DNA from: Methanobacterium sp.
Lineage (GTDB): Archaea; Methanobacteriota; Methanobacteria; Methanobacteriales; Methanobacteriaceae
Length of the DNA: 10,734 nucleotides
Direction of reading: 5' to 3'
Assembly (NCBI GenBank): GCA_003166335.1
Contig: PMWA01000045.1
Location: 10,835 to 21,568 of the forward strand
Part shown: positions 9,004 to 10,734 of the stretch, one piece after another
How positions within the stretch are numbered: the first letter of the stretch is position 1
How the letters are laid out: each line of letters begins with the position of its first letter
Made by a program: the position numbers and the translations under genes
The notes under the pieces: generated by a model
The model's database searches: none
What the model was told of the DNA's origin: nothing
The model's input: only the letters and a program-made list of their open reading frames with translations

Positions 9004-10218
9004 ATGAAAATAGCAGTTTTCCATAATTTACCTTCTGGTGGAGGGAAAAGAGCATTATATAATAATGTTAATTATTTAGTTAAAGATCATGAAGTTGATG
9101 TTTTCGTGCCATCAACTGCGAATGAGGATTATTTACCATTAAAAGGTATTGCTGATGATTTAACAGTTTTTCCAGTGAAAAATAATATTATTGGTTTTTT
9201 AATATCAGTTATAAAACCATATTTTCTTTATAGGGTCTCTCTTAGTGATCTTGAAAAAACTCAGAAATATATGGCTGAAGTTGTAAATAAGGGAGATTAT
9301 GATGTCGTTTATTGTGAACAAGATCGTTACACTATGGCTCCTTTTTTTCTGAAGTATATTAATAAGCCTAATGTTTATTATTGTAATCAATCCATTAATT
9401 TTCGAAATGAAGTTTCTAAAATGCTTAATGAAAAAGCTGGTTTAAAACATAAAGATATAATAGGAACTATTCATTCGAAACTTTACGGTAATCAAATGAT
9501 TAGTACTGATAAGAAATATACTAATTATTCTAAATATATTGTTACAAATTCTTATTTTTCGAGGGAACTTATTTTGCGTAGTTATGGTATTAATTCTTTC
9601 GTTTCATATTTAGGAGTGGATATAAATTTATTTAAGCGTTATGATGTCCCAGAAGAGAATTTCGTGTTATCTGTTGGTCAATGTCTACCTGAAAAAGGAT
9701 TTGATTTTATTATAAAGTCTTTATCGAAAATCGATAGTACTATACGACCAGAATTTGTTATAGTCTCCGATCATGCTAATGATCTCTGGAGAAATCATCT
9801 TAAAGACTTAGCTGCTAAATTAGGTGTTAAGTTAAGAATATTATCTATGATTGATGATGAGGAACTAGTTTTGCTATATAATAAAGCTAGATTATTAGTT
9901 TATGCTCCTTATCTTGAGCCTTTTGGACTGGTACCTTTAGAAGCAATGAGTTGTGGAACTCCTATTGTAGCTGTTAAAGAAGGTGGTGTAAGGGAAAGTG
10001 TAATAAATAATAAAACTGGAATACTTACGGAAAGGGATGAAGATTATTTTGCTAATGCTGTAGTTAAACTTCTTGAAAATGAAGATAAAAGAAATGAAAT
10101 GTCTAAAAATGCATATGGAAATGTAAATAAATTTTGGACATTAGACCACGCGGGAAAAAGGTTTTCCGAACATTTAAAACATGCGATTAATAAATATGTA
10201 GATGATGTTAAAAAATAA
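9004..10218 (+). CDS. Family 4 glycosyltransferase
   Basis: HNLPSGGGKR, NSYFS, YLGVD, SVGQCLPEKG, EX7E (EPFGLVPLE), AMSCGTPIVAVKEGGVRESV. Confidence 0.92.
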   Translation: MKIAVFHNLPSGGGKRALYNNVNYLVKDHEVDVFVPSTANEDYLPLKGIADDLTVFPVKNNIIGFLISVIKPYFLYRVSLSDLEKTQKYMAEVVNKGDYDVVYCEQDRYTMAPFFLKYINKPNVYYCNQSINFRNEVSKMLNEKAGLKHKDIIGTIHSKLYGNQMISTDKKYTNYSKYIVTNSYFSRELILRSYGINSFVSYLGVDINLFKRYDVPEENFVLSVGQCLPEKGFDFIIKSLSKIDSTIRPEFVIVSDHANDLWRNHLKDLAAKLGVKLRILSMIDDEELVLLYNKARLLVYAPYLEPFGLVPLEAMSCGTPIVAVKEGGVRESVINNKTGILTERDEDYFANAVVKLLENEDKRNEMSKNAYGNVNKFWTLDHAGKRFSEHLKHAINKYVDDVKK

Positions 10219-10288
10219 TATTATTTATACTATTAGGATTATACAAAGCTGATTAAGAGATTAATAAATTCTATGGAGATATTATAAT

Positions 10289-10734
10289 ATGATTTGGAAA
10301 GGAAAAAATGTGCTTATAACTGGTATAAGTGGATTTGCTGGTTCATACCTTGCAGATAAGCTTTTAGAATATGACGCTAATGTTTTTGGGTTAATAAGAA
10401 AGAGAGCTGACGGAATAGCTAAGAACTTGAATGATCATGGAATTACCCATAACGTAAATTTAATTGAAGGTGACTTAACAGATATCACATCCATTGCAAA
10501 TAGTTTAGATAAATCAGAACCTGATTTCATATTTCATCTTGCCGCCCAATCCTTTGTACCACGGTCATTTGAAAATTCCATGGAAACTCAAATGATAAAC
10601 TGCATTGGCACAGCTAACCTCTTGGATGCTATTAGAATAAAAGATTTTGATTCAAAAATAATCTTTGCAGGTTCAAGCGAAGAATATGGATTAGTTATAT
10701 CATCTCCTGAACATTATGAAAGAGCGAAAAAGGA
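10289..10734 (+). CDS. gmd: GDP-mannose 4,6-dehydratase-family extended SDR, N-terminal part; runs off the right edge
   Basis: Manual translation: MIWKGKNVLITGISGFAGSYLA...LIEGDLTD...PDFIFHLAAQSFVPRSF...NCIGTANLLDAIR...FAGSSEEYG. It has the GxxGxxG motif and the Gmd-type HLAAQSxV. SD GGAGA at 10275-10279. Not in the ORF track. The symbol is less certain than the family, since an Rmd-like function is possible. Confidence 0.8.
   Translation, partial: MIWKGKNVLITGISGFAGSYLADKLLEYDANVFGLIRKRADGIAKNLNDHGITHNVNLIEGDLTDITSIANSLDKSEPDFIFHLAAQSFVPRSFENSMETQMINCIGTANLLDAIRIKDFDSKIIFAGSSEEYGLVISSPEHYERAKK

Noticed and set aside
9205..9390. 61-aa minus-strand ORF
   Set aside because: Antisense to the GT4, with no supporting evidence.

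Overview
Very AT-rich window with GGTGA/GGAGA-type Shine-Dalgarno motifs, most likely from a methanogenic archaeon (Methanobacteriaceae-like; this assignment is an inference). It is the start of a surface-glycan (polysaccharide or N-glycan) biosynthesis cluster on the + strand: an ExoA-like GT2, two tandem paralogous WabH/PglJ-like GT4s, a Wzx-type flippase, an MtfB/WbpY-like GT4, a cobalamin-binding radical SAM enzyme, another GT4, and the 5' part of a GDP-mannose 4,6-dehydratase-family SDR. A CCG-domain Fe-S protein is transcribed divergently at the left edge. The ORF track missed both edge genes. Most notable: (1) a B12-dependent radical SAM enzyme embedded between glycosyltransferases, a candidate glycan C-methylation or tailoring system; (2) a ~98% identical 251-bp tract inside the otherwise diverged GT4 pair, consistent with gene conversion of the donor-binding domain; (3) a 54-bp relic of a lost GT4 paralog upstream of the 6386 gene. 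No RNA genes, CRISPR arrays or mobile elements were seen.
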